Assembly (NCBI GenBank): GCA_945889495.1
Contig: CAMDBU010000006.1
Coordinates: forward strand, 506 to 64,505
Source: Syntrophobacter sp. SbD2
GTDB taxonomy: Bacteria; Desulfobacterota; Binatia; UBA9968
Length of the DNA: 64,000 nt
Direction: 5' to 3'
The translations under genes were made by a program, and so were the position numbers. A model generated the notes under the pieces. That model searched no databases, was not told the DNA's origin, and was given only the letters and a program-made list of their open reading frames with translations. Shown here in pieces: positions 60,911 to 64,000 of the stretch. Each line of letters opens with the position of its first letter. The first letter of the stretch is position 1.

Positions 60911-61987
60911 CTAACGCGGCGGCAACGGATCGGGGCCGGTGAGCTTTTTGAACAGCTCGACCGCTTCGCGGTCGCGCGGCATGTCCTTGATGGTTTGCTC
61001 CAGCTCCTCGGGCAGTTGCGGCTCGGCCTTGAGGCCGGTGAGTTTGCTGTACTCCTTGGCGAACTCCGGGTCGCGATAAATCCTGCGCATGGCATCCTGC
61101 AAGATGCGCACACGGTCTTTGGGCGTGCCCGGCGGCAGGATCAACGGATTGCCGCTGCCGACGAAGGTCCGGTACAGGGCAATAAGTTTGCGCTCCAGCG
61201 CCGACTTGGCGAAGCTCTCGATGTCAGGAAGATCGGCGAAGCGCGCATGGCTATGCTTGCGCCCCTTGGGAATCTCGATGATGGCGTGGAAGTCCATCTG
61301 ATTTTTATCGATCCATTGCGGCTTCTCGTGCAGCAGCGCGTCGGCCACGGTGGACCGGGTGTCGATCTCGCCCTGTTCGATGGCGACGTCAAGCTCAGGC
61401 GAGCTGTAGCCAGTGACAAATCGCGGCGGTTTCAGACCGATCAGATGGGCGAACATGCGGCCCGAGATGTAGATCAGATGGCCGACCGATTGGGAACCGA
61501 TTTTCAGACCCGCTGCCCCACGGAGCTTTTCTAAACTGTCGAGCCCCGACTCCCGGCGGGTGAAAAAGACATGATAGCCGCCGCTGTAGCTGGTGCCGAG
61601 ATAATTCACTTTGTCGATGTCGTAGAGAATCCCACTCTCGCCGAGAATCGGATGCATCACGAAGGGCGTGTTCATCCGCCCGATGGTCAGACCGTCGGGC
61701 TTGACCGAGTTGTACATATGATTGGCCGCCTTCTTGCCACCGGCGCCGTCCATATGCTGCATGATGATCGTCGGCTTTCCCGGCACATACTTTTGCAGAA
61801 ACGGCACCAGCGCCTTGGTCCGCATGCTGCCGACGCCGCCCGGCGCGCTGCTCTCGAGGATGGTAATGGTTTTGCCTTGGAAGAAAGAGGTCTGCGCCCG
61901 AGCGCCGCCGCTCATCAAGACAGCGAGCGATAACCCGCTAAGAAAAATACGCCGAAACCGCGCCAGCCGAGATTGGTTGCGTCCCAT
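60911..61987 (-). CDS. tripartite tricarboxylate transporter TctC / Bug-family substrate-binding protein
   Basis: 358 aa with signal peptide. Confidence 0.65.
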   Translation of the reverse strand: MGRNQSRLARFRRIFLSGLSLAVLMSGGARAQTSFFQGKTITILESSAPGGVGSMRTKALVPFLQKYVPGKPTIIMQHMDGAGGKKAANHMYNSVKPDGLTIGRMNTPFVMHPILGESGILYDIDKVNYLGTSYSGGYHVFFTRRESGLDSLEKLRGAAGLKIGSQSVGHLIYISGRMFAHLIGLKPPRFVTGYSSPELDVAIEQGEIDTRSTVADALLHEKPQWIDKNQMDFHAIIEIPKGRKHSHARFADLPDIESFAKSALERKLIALYRTFVGSGNPLILPPGTPKDRVRILQDAMRRIYRDPEFAKEYSKLTGLKAEPQLPEELEQTIKDMPRDREAVELFKKLTGPDPLPPR

Positions 61988-62243
61988 CGGAACCTCCGGT
62001 CTTGGTCAATAGGCTTTGATACTCTTGCCGGGAAACCACGACAACTTGATGGCGCAGTAACACCACCGAAAACTCCTGTCAATGAAACTTGCTCGACTTG
62101 AGCCGCCGCAACAAGCAGTCATGATTGAAAATTTCGCTAGCGCGAGCGAAAAACATGATGCTATAAGAAGCCATGTCCACGGGAACCGGAAATGCTGGGC
62201 CAGACAATCGATGCACCAATGATATCAGGGCGAGGAGAAATCT

Positions 62244-64000
62244 ATGCGAACTAGTCAGCTGCAACGGATCGCGCTGGGGTTGGCGCTAATGGCTAGCCTG
62301 GGCGGCGCGGCGCAAGCGCAACCGGCGCGCGCCGGTAAAAGGTTCCAAATCGTCGAAGCCACCATCGCCGATATTCATCGCGCGATCCGGTCGAAACAGC
62401 TCACGTCGACGCAACTGGTGAACCTGTATCTGGCCCGGATCAAGGCCTACAACGGCACCTGCGTCAACGAACCGCAGGGCATTCTCGGACCGGTCACGCC
62501 GATCGCCAACGCCGGCGCGCTCAACGCCTTGACCACCGTCAATCTGCGCCCCGCCGCGCGCAAGCAGTGGGGCTTCGACGAGCGCAAAGCGCGCAGCATG
62601 ACCGATGCCCTCGACAACGATCCGAACATGCCGGATGCCCTCGAAGTAGCGGCCAAGCTCGACGCAACCTTCGCTCGCACCGGCAAGCTGGTGGGACCGC
62701 TGCATGGCATTGTGTTCAGCATCAAAGACATGCTCGACACCTACGACCTGCGCACCACCAGCGGTGCCGATGCCGACTACGCCAATGACCGTCCGCCGCG
62801 CGACGCGACGCTGGTCAAACGGCTGCGCGAGGCCGGCGCGATCATCCTGGCGAAGTCCAATCTCGGCGAATACGCCTCGGGCAGCCGCAGCGCCTTCGGC
62901 GGCACCATGTGTAACCCCTATGCCACCGACCGCGATGTCGGCGGCTCCAGCGGCGGCTCGGCGTCATCGGTGGCGGCCAATTTGGTCACCTGCGCGATCT
63001 CCGAAGAAGGCGGCCCGTCGATTCGCATGCCGTCGCGCTTAAATAACGGCGTCGGTCTGTCGCAGACCCAAGGATTGATCAGCCGCGACGGCATGATCGG
63101 CGGCGGCCCACTCAACGACCGCAACGGCGCCGCCTGCCGCACCGTCGAAGATGTCGCCCGCGTGCTCGACGTCATCGCCGGCTACGATCCGGCGGACGAC
63201 TTGACCGTCTACAGCCTCGGCCGGGTTCCCAAAGAAGGCTACCCAAGCTTTGCCCGGGCGACCAGCCTCAAAGGACTCAGGATCGGCGTCGTGCGTGAAT
63301 ACATGGACAAGCGGCTATTCACCCAGGCCGATCACGAGACCATCGATATCGTCGAGCGCGCCATCGCCGAGCTACGTAAACTCGGCGCCACCATCGTCGA
63401 TCCGGGCGCCGAAGGCGCATTGTTTCAAAAATGCCTCGACCAGCATCTACCGCGCAATCTGAATGCGCTGTTCACCAGAGAGTTTCCCGCGCAGTTTCCT
63501 GCCACCGCCGATCACGTCAACCTACTGCGCGACATGTATTTCAACCCGGCGCTGGTGCCGGCCAAGTCGACCATCCGCGACTTCGGCACCAGGGCGGTGA
63601 ACGTCGGCGAGGCCAAGTATTATTTCAACCGCTATCTCAAGCAGCGCGGCGACGCCAATATTAAAGACCTCACCGATCTGATCGACAAGTCGCGCTACTA
63701 CGTCGACGCCTTCGGCCGCGACACCCGGTTCCGTGACGTGAAATCAACCTTGCAGGACTTCAACAAGCCGATGACTCTGGACACCCGCGATCGCGACGCC
63801 AACCGCGCGGCGATTCAGCAGACCGTCATGCAATGCATGGCGACGCTCAAGCTCGACGCGGTGACCTACCCCACCGGCAATGTGCCCGCGGCGCTGATCA
63901 AGGCGCCGGTGGAGCCGGATGTGAACGGCCGGTCCCATCAAGCTTGGACATTGCTCGGCACCATGGGCTTCCCAGCGATCACCGTGCCGGCCGGATTCAC
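62244..64000 (+). CDS. secreted amidase (amidase-signature family), partial at window end
   Basis: signal peptide; catalytic region GGSSGGSA in frame (62934 onward); frame open to position 64000; absent from ORF track because it has no stop. Confidence 0.8.
   Translation, partial: MRTSQLQRIALGLALMASLGGAAQAQPARAGKRFQIVEATIADIHRAIRSKQLTSTQLVNLYLARIKAYNGTCVNEPQGILGPVTPIANAGALNALTTVNLRPAARKQWGFDERKARSMTDALDNDPNMPDALEVAAKLDATFARTGKLVGPLHGIVFSIKDMLDTYDLRTTSGADADYANDRPPRDATLVKRLREAGAIILAKSNLGEYASGSRSAFGGTMCNPYATDRDVGGSSGGSASSVAANLVTCAISEEGGPSIRMPSRLNNGVGLSQTQGLISRDGMIGGGPLNDRNGAACRTVEDVARVLDVIAGYDPADDLTVYSLGRVPKEGYPSFARATSLKGLRIGVVREYMDKRLFTQADHETIDIVERAIAELRKLGATIVDPGAEGALFQKCLDQHLPRNLNALFTREFPAQFPATADHVNLLRDMYFNPALVPAKSTIRDFGTRAVNVGEAKYYFNRYLKQRGDANIKDLTDLIDKSRYYVDAFGRDTRFRDVKSTLQDFNKPMTLDTRDRDANRAAIQQTVMQCMATLKLDAVTYPTGNVPAALIKAPVEPDVNGRSHQAWTLLGTMGFPAITVPAGF

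Overview
This is a high-GC bacterial chromosomal segment (no GC calculation was possible, so roughly 60% or more by eye; no rRNA, intact tRNA or CRISPR array found) with three main blocks.

(a) Positions 1-6577 hold a defense-island fragment on the minus strand. It carries an SNF2-family DEAH helicase fused to a C-terminal DUF3883 domain, a HEPN/MNT toxin-antitoxin pair, and a DUF1156 (COG1743) adenine methyltransferase. The methyltransferase appears frameshifted and runs off the window edge.

(b) Positions 13332-30946 hold a three-gene operon: a very long pure coiled-coil protein followed by two single-domain KaiC/RecA-like ATPases. The coiled-coil gene is split by a ~12.4 kb AT-rich integrative element (about 16125-28498). 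The element carries a P4-like tyrosine integrase, a second short tyrosine recombinase, an H-NS-like silencer, a clamp-loader-like AAA+ ATPase, Sel1 and DUF2628 proteins, and internally duplicated modules. It is bounded by an AGCGAA direct repeat and, at its integrase-proximal end, a 3' half of a tRNA-Ala-like sequence. Removing the element joins the two gene halves in frame.

(c) The remainder is housekeeping and catabolic genes. These include recD2, a CorC/TlyC transporter, hisC, clpB, tandem MFS and NMT1-type SBP paralogs, dinB, hemE-hemH-hemY, RNase HI with a hybrid-binding domain, amidohydrolase-2 and dienelactone-hydrolase paralogs, two family-III CoA-transferase paralogs flanking higBA, MmgE/PrpD, hicAB, a MetE-like protein, a TctC-family SBP and a secreted amidase (partial at the window end).

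Several families of intergenic palindromic repeats occur: octamer-built TGGAGTAN palindromes, a two-hairpin REP with compensatory stem changes, and a REP doublet of the 'AFAGMT' type. All calls rest on reading the sequence and the supplied ORF translations by eye; no database search was possible.
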